NCBI GenBank assembly: GCA_951406725.2
Contig: OX597829.1
Location: forward strand, 56,730,001 to 56,794,000
Direction of reading: 5' to 3'
From: Octopus vulgaris
Taxonomy: Eukaryota
Length of the DNA: 64,000 nt
Positions 12,072 to 24,916 of this stretch are shown piece by piece. Below the pieces are notes generated by a model. It was not told the DNA's origin, searched no databases, and was given only the letters and a program-made list of their open reading frames with translations. The translations under genes and the position numbers were made by a program. Within the stretch, counting starts at the first letter, position 1. Every line of letters begins with the position of its first letter.

Positions 12072-13785
12072 GTAACTTTTTTTGGAAAATATTTTATTTC
12101 TATTGTAAATTGTTTTTGAGATCTTAGTAATTTTACAACTTATTTAGTTAGTCTATAATCTACACTTAAATAAATTCCTTGTATTACTGTCATAGATTAG
12201 AAGATGAGTTCCTATCATCACCAGGTCCAGTCTGTGACAATTGGTTGTAATTGTGTGTTATTTAATTTACTTCAGAAATGCACAACTCTCTTCTATTCAT
12301 ATTTTAATTTCCACTCCTTTAACAAGTAATCAACTAATTGGGTTTAATTAGATTTAATATGCAAACAGATGTGAGAGCAATTTGGTTGTGTAATACTCCA
12401 GATTGAATAATTGAGGCGATGATGATGATGTCTTCAATTCAAATCCTTACAAAGCTCTAATTCTTTCCCATATGATTGACATAAGTTGTTTTTGCTGTTG
12501 CGTATTATTGGTCAGTGCTGATCAGAATACACTGATCTACAGTTCTGGATATGTCACACTTTCAAGTTGAGAACCAACCAGCATGTTCTTTTGACCTGCA
12601 GGGATGTGTACTTCAGTACACATCCCTACATGTAACTCTGGACTTAGTGGTAAAGATTGTGTTCTTTGGATACTGTATCAACAGTAAGCAGAGCAAATGA
12701 AAGCATCAGAGTATGTTAAGTTTTTGACTACACCCCTACACCCCCCTGGGCACACACACTCACACCACGATGACCACCACCAGCTTCTTCTTTGACTATT
12801 TCTGTACCATATATGTCAATTGGACATCAACTGACTAGATATACAGAAGTACACAATTTGCAGAAGTACACAAATTAAAGTGCTTTTAAGGAATCTTAAA
12901 TACAAATGGGAATATTTTTCAATAAGAGAAAAACAATGAACTCAGTGCTAATGTTACAACATATTGTTGAAATTTTCCTTTCATTGGGTAAATTAATTCA
13001 ACATAGCTTATGTAGGGACGGCTGGAGTATGACAAATGAATCTAGAACAAAGCTAGTTTGAGTAGAATCACTCATTTTAGAGTCCTTTTACTTATTTTTT
13101 TAACCCTTTGGGGACAGTGTTTTGGTATGTGTAGCCAAAAAAGCCAAAATGTTTTTTCTACTGTTGAGATTGAAATTGATGGATGCATGTGGAAAGCAAA
13201 GGATAAAGTGCTTGAAACTACTTTATTAGTATGAGTAACTATATATATTATATATTCTGAAAGACAATCACTGATTGGCTATTACATTTCAAGACGTTTG
13301 TTTCATCAGGTCAATGGATCGGCCTCAAAGTCTTTTCAGTTTGTATCACTTGGACCGATTAATCAGCCTGGGTGTCCCAAGAGGGCTAATGACTTCAGCT
13401 AACAGAAGGATAGTGTTCAAACCTCATATATATAGGTGCAGGAGTAGTTGTTTGGTAAGTAACTTGCTTACCAACCACATGGTTCTGGGTTTAGTCCCAC
13501 TGTGTGGCACCTTAAGCAAGTGTCTTCTGCTACACCCTTAGGCTGATCAAAACCTTGTGAATGGATTTGGTAAACGGAAACTGAAAGAAGCCTGTTGTAT
13601 ATATATTTGTGTCTGTGTTTGTCATCCCACCATTGGCTGCAGTCAATTGACTGAAACAAATAAAAGAATAAATTAGACAATGCTTCAGAAAAACTATATT
13701 AATTTAATATATACATTTAGTTTATTGTTCATAAATCTTATTCTTCCTATTTTAAAGTATTTTAATTTCCTTTTTAAATTTATAG

Positions 13786-13866
13786 TTATCTCAGTTTCAT
13801 CTTGAAAACCTGAGTGCAGCAATACTGGGACTCCCTGTCAACTCGTGTATTGTTGATGAGTTATGA
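13786..13866 (+). CDS. CDAN1: CDAN1 stop-containing exon (LSQFHLENLSAAILGLPVNSCIVDEL*), followed by a GTAAGT donor at 13872
   Basis: Acceptor tttttaaatttatAG, phase 0. TGA at 13864-13866 and a consensus donor 5 nt later. Confidence 0.6.
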   Translation, partial: LSQFHLENLSAAILGLPVNSCIVDEL

Positions 13867-14742
13867 GGTTTGTAAGTTTCCTTCTTGCTTTTATATTCCT
13901 TTATAGTTCCAATGATTGCAATCACATTCAGTCCTCACACATCATTTAGATTCACTTTGTTCAGGAGAAGTTTGAAAATATTACTGCCGAGACAGTGTCA
14001 TGCTTTTATCAATTGTCTTTTAGGTGTCTGTGCAGTTGTGAGGTGATACAGATGCCCTCCTGACCCAGTGAAACATGCAAGATTTGATAACTATAAGCAG
14101 AGCGGGCTACAGTTGTACTCATTTCCAGCTGAGTAGACTGGAAAATGGCAAAAGAAGTGCTTTGCTCAAGAACACATGTTGTCAGGCCCAGGAACTGAAA
14201 TGCATGATCTTAACCTCTAGGCCACATGAAAGCATGCACACATCATTATTTAACATCCACTTTCCATGCTGGCATGGGTTGCACAGTTTGACAAAAGCTG
14301 GCTAGACAGAAGACTGCACAAAGCTTCTGTGTCTGTTCTGGCAGGGTTTCTACAGCTGGATGCCCTTCCTAACACCAACCACACAGCAGAGTGGACTTAG
14401 TGCTTCTTAGATGGCACCAGCACAGGTAAGGTTTTTACAACTGGTTGCCCTTCCAAATGCCAACCACTTGGCAGGGTGGACTGGATGCTTTTTACGTGGC
14501 ACCAGCACTGGTAGGGTCACCAAGTAACTTGCAAGACAAAGATCCTTTTAGAGGGGAGGGGGCGTTGGAAAAGGTGATCTTGTGCCAGATAATAAACGGT
14601 TAGAGTGTGACAGAGGGACAGAAACAGGTGTCTTGCTATTGAGGAAGTACATGAGAGAGAGAGAGAGAGTGAGTGGTCAATAATGAGGACAGAAATAGGT
14701 GAGTTGTTGTAGAGGAGATACTTGGTTCACCAGTCAGAGGGG

Positions 14743-14773
<31 letters not shown>

Positions 14774-15876
14774 AGTGCAGTGAGTGGAGGTGAGAGATGG
14801 TAGCAAAATGCCAGGGCATACTCACAAGGAACAGGGATCAGAATACAAGTGGGATGGTAGAATAGAGCAAAAGAACAGATGTAAATGCTAAGTTTCTGTC
14901 TATCAAAATTCATTCATAAGGTGTTGACCAGGCAAAGCTATAGATGAAAGATTTGCTCAGGGCACCATACTGTGGTATTGAACCAGAAACCATCTTTCAA
15001 GGTGAATTTCTTTTCCACAAAGCCATTCCTGTGTAAAATTTTCCAAAGAGAACCTTTTAATATTTGGTTGACACCATGTTTGTATGCATACATACACATT
15101 TGTGTATAACCAAGTGGGTGCATATATATATGTATGTGTTGAAGGCTTAAACCCAGGAAAACATGGGGTGGAGTGGTGAGAAAGGATCTTTGGATGCTGG
15201 GTTTCACTGACAAAATGAGAAGCAACCAGTAAAATCTCTGTCATCCATACATAAAGCTTTGTCCTTTACAGATGCCAGTGCAACATAAAATGCACTTGTG
15301 CTGCATAAATGCACCCATTCTAGTACCATGTAAAAACCACCCAAAACACTCTGCTAAGTGGTTGGCATTAGGAAGGGCATCCAACTGTAGAAACCATGCA
15401 ACAGCAGACAATTGGAGTTGAGCCAGCTCTTGTCAAACTGCCCAACCCATGCTAGCATGGAAAACAGACATTAAACAATGATGATGATATATATATATAT
15501 ATAATTGTGTGTGAAATCTTAATTACCATTGAACAGTTGGTTACAAATGCTTCCATTATCAGATTAGCTGTTTTCTCTTAAATTATAACTCAAAATTTTT
15601 TTCAGGCAAAGCTAGAAACATTTTCTTACATAGTCTTAAATCATAAGCTCTCTGGTGTGTTATTTAATTTTCCTTGTGTGTGTGTGTGCGCGTGCGCGCG
15701 TGCCTGTTTGTTGATTTTTTGTTTTGTTTTGTGTATGTATGAATGTAAACAGGTTTGGATGTGTATCTTGTAATTATTTGCATGAACAAAAATTAAAACA
15801 AAATGTTCTGCCAATTATGTAAATTTGATACGTTAAATTCAGTTTTAAAATTTTGATGTTTTATTTTGTTTTGTAG

Positions 15877-15930
15877 GAACCTGTTTTGAAAAGTGTAAAT
15901 ACCAGATATGATTTTGATGAAGATTGTTAA
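15877..15930 (+). CDS. CDAN1: CDAN1 terminal exon: 3' UTR if the 13786 exon is included, EPVLKSVNTRYDFDEDC* if it is skipped
   Basis: Strong acceptor ttttattttgttttgtAG. The phase-0 frame is open for 17 codons, then TAA, followed by AT-rich UTR-like sequence. Confidence 0.5.
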   Translation, partial: EPVLKSVNTRYDFDEDC

Positions 15931-16779
15931 TGAAATGGCTCTGCAAAATTAAATTGCAGTAATTTGGTTCTGTGGTAGAATTTTAACAAAATTTTATTAA
16001 ATCTAAAAGACTTTTTTTATAGTGGAACTCAAACTTTAAATTGTTCCTTCGGATGAAAAGAAATTTTATTTTCTCCTGTTTAGCAGTGTTTGTGATTATA
16101 TTCTATATTTTTATATTTTTCCCCCCAAAAATATCCTATTTTACACAGTGGAATACTCATATACAAATGGTTCTCCAAACAAACAAATTGAATGATGGAA
16201 TAGTTTTATGGAGAAAATTAAATCCGTATTACATGCTAGAATTTGATTAACAAGCCACAAACATGTAAAAGAGACTTGGAGAATGTATACAAATGGTATA
16301 CTAAATGAAATATATTGTGAACAGTTTCTCTGAAAAAAATTATAATCTGTCAATCAACTCATGTTTGAACAAAAAGTGTCTGGAAAAATACAAACGAATG
16401 ATTTGTTAACATCCTTGTATACATTTCATATAGTTTATAAATTTCTATATTTTTTATGGAAAATAATAATGTTATTCATAGTTTTTGCTAAAAACATAAC
16501 CATGGATTGACAAAAGCAAGTTAGAAAATCAGTTACCATAGAAACTATGTAGGAAATAATGTGTAAGCACGAAAAGGAAACAAGTGTTCATAACTCTAGT
16601 TCAACATATAAAAGAGCAAAAATCAACACTCTACACCAGAATTGAGAAACAAGTATAAATTGAAAAGTATTCAGGTAGTTATGGGAATAACTGAACTTAG
16701 TAATTTATTATAAAATTTATTATGAAATTTATTATAGAGATGGAAATTTTATTTTTGGTGTAGGTTAAAGAAAAAAAAT

Positions 16780-18150
16780 TGTTTGTGATTGTATAAGGGG
16801 AATTGATAATTTGTGCAAAAGCCAAACAGTTGTCTGATGATATTGGAGCAAATTCTTTTGGTAAAAGTGATACTACAGTGCTGGATTCTCTAGCTTCAAA
16901 GGGTTAGTCTTCCAGATTCCTAAAAAGAAATGAGTTACATATAATGCTGTGAGAAATGGCAAGTCTGCAACTGCACACCTTGAGGCAGCACATGAATTCC
17001 AATTTATGTTTTTAAAGGTTATTGATAAGAGTAGCTTCATTTCACAGCAAGTGTTTAAGTGTGACAAAATGTGGCTTTTTTGGGAAAAAAAGATGCATTT
17101 TGGAACATATATCATTAAGAGAGTTCGGTGTGAGCTCACAAACTGATGAAAGATCAGCTAACTTTATTTCTTTGTGCAAATGCTTCTGGAGACTGCAATG
17201 TAGAACCTGTCTTCATTTACCATTCAGAAACCTCCCAGGCATTCAAAAACATTCATAAGAATCATCTTACAGCTTTATGGCAGTCAAACCACAAGGCTTA
17301 AGTAACCAGGAATCTTTTCACTGAATTGTTGTCTGATGTGTTTTGCCTTATTATGTACAAGTACCTTGGATTAACAATCTTTTTAGCAAAGCCCATTTGG
17401 TCATGAATAATGGCCCTGCCCATCCTCTATATTTGATGGACCAATTGATGAAAATTGTAAAAGTGCCTTTCATGCCTCCCAACACAACTTCTCTTGTGTA
17501 GCCTATGGACCAGCAGCTCATTTCTTATTTAAAAAAAAAAACTCTTTTCAATGCCTCTCTTTAGAAAATGTTTTGAGGCTAATTCTTGCAGTGATATGAC
17601 ACTGAAACACTTAGAAAGAAAAATATTATTTCAAAATATTATTGATGTAGTACTAATGTTTGTTGCAGTTTGGAAGGAAAGAAGCTTCAGTGAATTGCTT
17701 ATGTGCAACTTGGAAGCCATTGTGGCCTGAAGTTGTGTTTCTAAGAGACTTTGAGGAAGTGGAAGAAGAGCCTCCTGTGCAAGATATTATCATTCTAGGC
17801 AATGCCATAAGTCTTGAGGTGAATACAATGGATATTGAAGAATTGGTAGTGGAGTACAAGAGTGAATTCACCACTGAGGTGCTGGTACAGCTTCACAAAA
17901 AAGATGTGGAGGCAGTGAAGATTGCACTGTTTTCTGATTAAGATGAGCATGGAAGAAGGGAGTATATTCCATCCAAGTGTCTTAGGGAGTTATTCTCTTG
18001 TTGGAATACAATCTCTAAAAGGTTAAGGAATATCACAATGGTGCTAGGACTGAATCACTCCAATAACACAGTGACGCCTTACTTTTAGAGGTGCTAGAAA
18101 TGCAGGTTAAAAATAGTCAACTCTAGATGCCTTCTTACAAAGAGGATAAA
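16780..18150 (+). mobile_element. Decayed pogo/Tigger transposase (HTH and DDE_1 remnants)
   Basis: QQVFKCDKMWLFWEKKM, MNNGPAHP, FMPPNTTSLV*PMDQQLI and TWKPLWP motifs, with many stops and frameshifts. Confidence 0.75.
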
Positions 18151-19509
18151 ACAATCTTCAACTACAGTAGAATCATCAATTTCTTCTGAGCCATCTTTTA
18201 TGCAAGAAACTGTACAAAATATAGCTAAGATGGACAACTCTTCTGCTTTCACCTTTTCTCATTTTTAACCCCCCCTTCCGTTTCATCCCTGTATGCTGAG
18301 CAATCTGCATACTAAGCTAAGTGTACATCTATTTACCTTTATTTCTGCATATTTGATTTTCATACGTTCATTCATTCATTTAATATCCATTTTCTATGCT
18401 GGGTGGATGCTTCATTAGAAGAAGGATTTTAGAGATAGATGTGAGTCCACAGCTGTAACCTACACCAGTGTCGCATAACCAGCCCACTCAAAAGTACCTT
18501 GAATTGTAGAGTGACATGCAGTGCTTGAGGAGACCTATTGAGTCAAGTACATCAACATCAAATGGAAATTGTGGTTGTGCTACCCATGCCAGTGGCACGT
18601 AAAAAGCACCAACTGATCATAGCCAATGCCAGTGCCACCTTGACTGCTTCTGTACCGGTAGGAAAGTAAAAAGCACCAACCGATCGTAGTCATTGCCAGC
18701 CCCCTCTGCTGGTGGCACATAAAAAGCACCCAGTGCACTCAGAGTGGTCAGTGTTAGGAAGGGTATCCAGGTGTAGAAACACTGCCAGATCAGACTGGAG
18801 CCTGGTGCAGCCTTCTGGCTTGCCAGCATAGAAAACGGATGTTAAACGATGATGATGATGACTGTTTCACCACATACCACATATAATTTCATATAGTCTC
18901 CAGCAGATAACCACCAGTACTGGTGGCAAGTAAAAATACACCCACTCTGTAAGGTGGTTGGTGTTAGGAAGAGCATCCAGCCATAGATATCATGCCAAAG
19001 TAGATACTAGAGTTTGACAAAGTTCTGTGGCTTGTCAGATCCTGCCAAACCATCCAACTCATGCCAGTAAGGAAAACAGATGCTAAATGATGAGGATGAG
19101 GATGATGATGACAATTATGCAGTTGCCCTGCAAAAGATAAAAAGTTTTGAGTTTTTTGTGAAAGCCTGTTCTTTATTTTTTTGTCCTGGAACTATGCTGA
19201 ACAATGGTTTTCTCTAGTCTTTTATGCAGTTCAACAGTGACATAGCACAAATAATTAAAAAAAGCCGAGACACATGGGGCAGTTCATGAACATGTGGAAA
19301 GATGTGATTGGGAACACACTTGTCCTGGGGAAACTCCCTAACAAGAATGAAGAAACTCTGTTACTAAAGACAAAAATTCTACTCAAAGTTTGTCTGCTGG
19401 TATAAGGAATCATGAAACTCCTGACTGAGATACAAGAATGTAGTAAATGTAGACTGGAGATTGATATCCACTGCTGGATTACTGCAGCTGTTGAAAGAAA
19501 CCAGTAGAT

Positions 19510-19912
19510 GAGATTGATGTGATATTACAATTCAGCGGGGGGAAAAAAGTGAGAAGCATGATGATGTTGAGATTGAAGGCTGGATGCCAAAATGAAGTGG
19601 TTCCAACCTTATTCATTATACGTTCATGCCAGCACTGTCTTCTCTCTTGCACACTACATCTGATTCCTTTTATAATCAGTTCTTCTCTCAACACATTTGT
19701 ACTTTGTTGTACATGTACAGTGACATTACACAACCAGCGGACATGCTAGCTTAATTTCTTTTCTGGTTTTTGCATGTCCGCTACATTTAGGTCTTAGATC
19801 TCACACAACCATGTGGCATCATGGTTTGTACACAAGCATCATACAATCTACCTTTCACTCTGAGAGAGAGAAATCTTTTCTTACCAGCCATGGTTAATAG
19901 TTCTTTGAACAT
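19510..19912 (-). mobile_element. RTE LINE C-terminal fragment ending at the Helitron-like insertion
   Basis: FKELL..LSLRVKGRLYDACVQTMMPHG and VLREELIIKGIRCSVQERRQCWH. Confidence 0.7.
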
Positions 19913-21109
19913 TCTATATCTATAAAAGGCATGATGTGTGTGTGTATGTGATTGTAATTTATGCACGTCCACAAATTAGCACGCATGTTGCTCCAATTTT
20001 AGGAGGACATTCGTCAACAACCTATCTGGGTTTTGTCAACTTATTTTTTTCCTGAGGCATCCACAGATAGCGGTAAAAATCTATTTTCAGTCATAGCTTT
20101 AACCTATTTTGAAGATTGATAACATGAGTTAAGTCCCTTGTAGCCATAGCCAAGCGAAAGTGTGTGTGTGTGAGGGAGAGGGAGTGTTTCGCAATGTCTA
20201 ACAAAAATGGTAAAGAAAAAGTATGTGTAAGGAAGAGTGGGGGGTAGTTTGACCAGCGTCTAACAAAAAGAAACAAAAGATAAAGAAAAGTGGAAGAGAG
20301 TTTCACAGCGTCTAAACAAAGAAAAGGGAAAGTCAAAGTGAGAGAGGGAGAGAGAGAGAAAGTGACGGCGTTCATAAAAAATAAAATGAAAATGTTTTGC
20401 TTTTTCTTAAACACGAGATATAGTCTTCAAATTCAGGATGGTTTTGAAAGACACTATATTTTTTAATCATAGTATATATACTTTCTCAAACAACAATTAC
20501 AATATATTTATTTTAAATCGTTCATCCTTCTCCCCCCCTCTCTCTCTCACACACATTACTTTGGGTGCGAAAGAGTTTTGTTTTTATTTTACGCTGAGTA
20601 ATAAAGTGTTTTGTTGAGAATCCATTTATTTAAGAACAAAGAAACAAAGACGTAGGTAGCAATTTGTCAGTGAATTACACAATGTAAATGGGTACAATTT
20701 CTGAGGCTTCCACCACACTCCACTCCATTTTACGGACCACAAAAAGGGTTTTGTAGCATATTAGGAGGCTAGAGTAGTTGCTTCCATGCAAAAAAAAACG
20801 ATTTTTTTTTCTTAGTGAAAATCGTGCAAGTGTTAATCTACAAATTTAACAACATTTTTTCCATTCATTTCTGTTTGTGAACATGTATGCGTGCACAAAA
20901 CATGCAATAGGTGTATATACATACGTGTGTTCGTATGTGTTGCCCATATATATTTATATATCATATTATATATATATAATATAACCAATTTCAACAAATT
21001 TTGCCCAAATTTGACGTTGATATTACTTAGTTTGGTTTGAAATTAAAAAAAACTTGATTAGCTTAATAATCATAACTTAATCCTGGGCAGGGCCGGGTTA
21101 TACTGCTAG
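19913..21109 (+). mobile_element. Non-autonomous Helitron-like element (about 1.2 kb)
   Basis: 5' TCTATATCTATAAAAG followed by (TG)n. 3' hairpin CCTGG-GCAGGG-CCGGG, then CTAG (21106-21109) and T. No TIR or TSD. The base before TC is T rather than the usual A. Confidence 0.65.
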
Positions 21110-21111
21110 TA

Positions 21112-21143
<32 letters not shown>

Positions 21144-22306
21144 GGCAAGAGAAATCTCATGAAGGTGCAGGCATGGATGTGTGGTAAGAAGCTTGCTTCC
21201 CACCCACATGGTCCTGAGTTCAGTTCCACTGCGTGGCACCTTGGGCAAGTGTCTTCTATAGCCTTTGGCTAACCAAAGCATTGTGGGTGGATTGGGTTGA
21301 TGGAAACTGAAAGAAGCCCGTACTATATATATATAAGCATATATTTATGTGTGTGTCTGTGTTTGTCCCCCCACCACTACCATCGCATGACAGCCAATGT
21401 TTAATGTTTATGTCCCTGTAACTTAGTGGTTCAGCAAAAGAGACCGATAGAATAAATACTAAGCTTACAAAGAGTAAGTCCTGGGGTCGATTTGTTCGAC
21501 TAAAAGGTAGTGCTCCAGCATGGCCACAGTCAAATGACTGAAACAAGTCAAAGAGTTAACTAGAATCTCCATGAAAGACCATCAGGCAATGTCAGTGTAT
21601 GGTGTAATATATACAACAAAATCACCAAAGCCCAAGAACCACCTCAACAAGCTTAAACCTACAAAAACTAGAATTCCATGAGAACAAAATACAAAAGATT
21701 CACAGTCAACAAGAAAACATACATTTTATCTTCAGTTGCATATGGATGTGTATATTTGTGTAAATATTGATATTCAATGCTTGTCGTTGTGGAGTGCAAC
21801 GATTATGTTTGCTTCCTTAATGATATTGTGGCCAGCTGCTCTGAAATTTCAAAAGACCTCTGGAGTAAAAAGAAATCCCGTTGAAAAACAGGTCTGAACT
21901 GGCAACGAGAAGACCAGCCATCTGTAAAATCTTTCCTCTAATGACTTTCCACAAAACCCAAGCTAGCATGCATGGACACACACACACACACACCATGAAA
22001 ATGAAATAGCGAGAGTAAGGAGGAAAGAGAGTACTTAATGTTGAAAGTTTAGTTATTTATTGGAAGCTAAAACTTTCACAAATATTTTCTCGATTTCTTT
22101 CTTCCAATCTCTTGACAATTGTGATAAAAAATGGTTTATATAAAAGAGACAGAAAGTATTTGAGTATGATAAGCTTGATTTGACACTGAAGGTGTTGTTA
22201 AATTTCATTTACTAATTTAACCAATTAAAAAAAAAATTGTAAAATAGCAAGATCACAATGGGGGTTAGATATGTGGTGTGGTGTGAATAGGGAAACTATA
22301 TATGTA

Positions 22307-23533
22307 CAGGGAGACATGAAACTTGAGGCAACCAACTTTTTTCAATTTTGCAAAAGCAAAATATTGTTATATTTCAGGTCTGAGTGTTGCAATGCAATGG
22401 TAAAAGAAACACAATTATGACACAACCACATTTATTTAACATGACCTCTTGCGTTTCAAATCACAGCCTTAATTCTAGGAGCGAATGCTCCACATGCAGC
22501 TGCTCTTGTGGAACTGAAGCCTATTCCTGGCGCAGTTTAGCCTTCAGACTGTTGAGTGAAGCTTGAGATCCTTGTCTCCAAAGTGGACCAAACAGAAAAA
22601 TCCAAGAGGTTGAGATCACGGCTTCTTGAGGACCATACATCCTTGCCTATGAATGAAGGAATGTTTTTCTGAATCCAGTGTTGTGTCTGTCTGGAGCTGT
22701 AGGTTGGTGCGGAGTCCTGTTGGAGGATCCAAGGAGAACCTTGAAAGTGCTCATTTGCCCATGGATGCAGTTCAGCTTCCATAATGTATTGCTGGGTGTT
22801 AATTTTAACACCCAAGGACACAGAAACGAGGGGAGACCTTCCAGTGGCTGTCACAGCCACCCAAACTATAACTGACTGTGGATTTTGATGACGATTTATG
22901 AGTCTACCCTCAATGCAGCTAGATACATTCCAAAGTTGGTCATTCTGGTGGTTTCCTGTCTGTTCGATGTCAAATTTCTTTTCATCAGTGAACATCACAT
23001 TGTGTGCCTTCAGCAATTTGATGCAGGATAAGACGACTTATCTCCAGTCTCATGGCTTATAAACTAGAGTGAACTCATAATGGCAGATCATCATGTATGG
23101 ATGGGTCCAGAGATCCTCCACTATTTGATACATCGATTTTTGGCTTATTTTTGTTGTGGAAGCCAGTTTTCTGATGAGAATTTCGGCATATCTTTTTCCT
23201 CGTACTTTTGATAAACTGAGAGGTTCACACACTTCTTTTTCGTCCATGGGGATCAGTGTTGGAACCAGTATCTTGAAATTTCTTGACAATTTTCCAGACT
23301 GTTTGGTTAATTTTAAGCTTTTTTGGTAAAACTGTATTACTTTTGCCTCCTTTGTGGAGGGTTATGATTATATTTCGGTCTGTAGCCATTATCTAATTTT
23401 TTTAAATTTGAATTTATTTAGTCTGAAACAAAAAGAAGACATATAAGCTTTTATAATGATGGATAAGTTTCATATCCCATTGATAGTTATTAAAGCCCGA
23501 AACTTCAGTTTGCCTTCATTTCAGGACACCCTG
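22307..23533 (-). mobile_element. Tc1/mariner-superfamily maT (DD37D) transposon, full span but decayed
   Basis: TA flanks both ends. Degenerate TIRs CAGGGAGACATGAAA / CAGGGTGTCCTGAAA. VMFTDEK..QQDSAP..LNLLDF with exactly 37 residues between the second and third Asp. Confidence 0.88.
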
Positions 23534-24916
23534 TATGTGGGGATAAAACTTTATTATTAAATTAAATATACATGCAACTAAATTTATTGGTTTCAATTTG
23601 GGGGAAAGGGTAAATCAATTACAAAGACCCCAGTATTTAACTGGTACTTATTTTAATCAACCTTGAAAGGATAAAAGGCATCATAGACCTTAGTGAAACT
23701 TGAAATCAGAACAGATGGATGAAAAGCCACTAAGCATTTTGTTCAGCCTGCTAACAATTCTGTCAGCTCACTGCCCTAATTTTCCTGTAGAAAGACCCAT
23801 CCCCAACCAACAAAATGAATGTGAGACTTAACAATACACAACAATGTCTAATTGACTTATGGCATTATTCATAAAGAAGGAGGTTTATAATTGGTGAAAA
23901 GGAATGTAGAAGCATACCTATAAGGTGATAACAGTTAAGATTTTAAGTTCAAACTCAGAAAACGTTAAAATGTGGAACTGTAGAATATTGTACAATGCAA
24001 ATATATACTTGTGAATGATTGGCAGATTTTTGTGTGTTTGAACATGATTTGGTATGTTTAACCCTTTAGCATTTAATCTACCTGTTTTGTGATCAAACTA
24101 TCCAAATCCAGCCTCACCTGTCTACTTTACAATGTCATTCTAAAAATATGCAATCACAAATGAAATTTCAAAGCTACAAGATAATGCATGACTAATTTAA
24201 AACAATAAATAAGCATTACATTTGACAGGATAATCTGAATGCTAAAGGTAGTTATTAGTTCCATAAGTAGTTCAGCCTGTCAGCTGACTGTGACTTTTGA
24301 ATGTAAAGGATCACATGAAAAAAATAAATGTATGTTATTAAACTCTTTATGAGAGGACAGAACAATAGTGTTACTGACAGGATCTGAATTGATGTTGACT
24401 GATACTGATCTTGTTGAAGCATGGTTAAAATATTTTATAGCTACCCCAGGAATAAAGAGGAGATAAAAAGTGAGATAATAATGAACAGGGTGGTCTGAAA
24501 GAGATAACAGACTTTTATTATTTATCAAGGACCAATATTGAAGGTGTACTTGGAACAGTTGGAGGATGTATTTCAGTAAAATAAAGGAAATGGCAATAAA
24601 AAGTGAGACCTAAAAGATTGTTGGGTCATTGTAGAATGCATCAGTAATTTTCTCTGCTCATAAACTTTCTCTAGCATTTTGGTATAGACATTGTGAATTT
24701 CATAAGCTTGGTTAAAATGACTAAAGCATTGAAGAGAAATTGATACAAAGGCAGACATATATAAATTAAATGTTAACCACATCAGTAGTATCTGTAATGA
24801 ATAATAATTAACACTCACAACTTAAATTAGATATGCTGTTTAGATCCCTTTTAACTACTGTGGATATCCAGAGATAACATGTCATGTTAGCAACAGGTGC
24901 TCATTAAGCACAGATA

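Noticed and set aside
16532-16545. RFX X-box-like GTTACCATAGAAAC
   Set aside because: It is a single degenerate motif with no adjacent gene start, and could occur by chance in 64 kb.
24280-24528. Minus-strand ORF with a plausible acceptor
   Set aside because: There are no partner exons, and the plus strand reads better as an old LINE remnant that resumes after the mariner.
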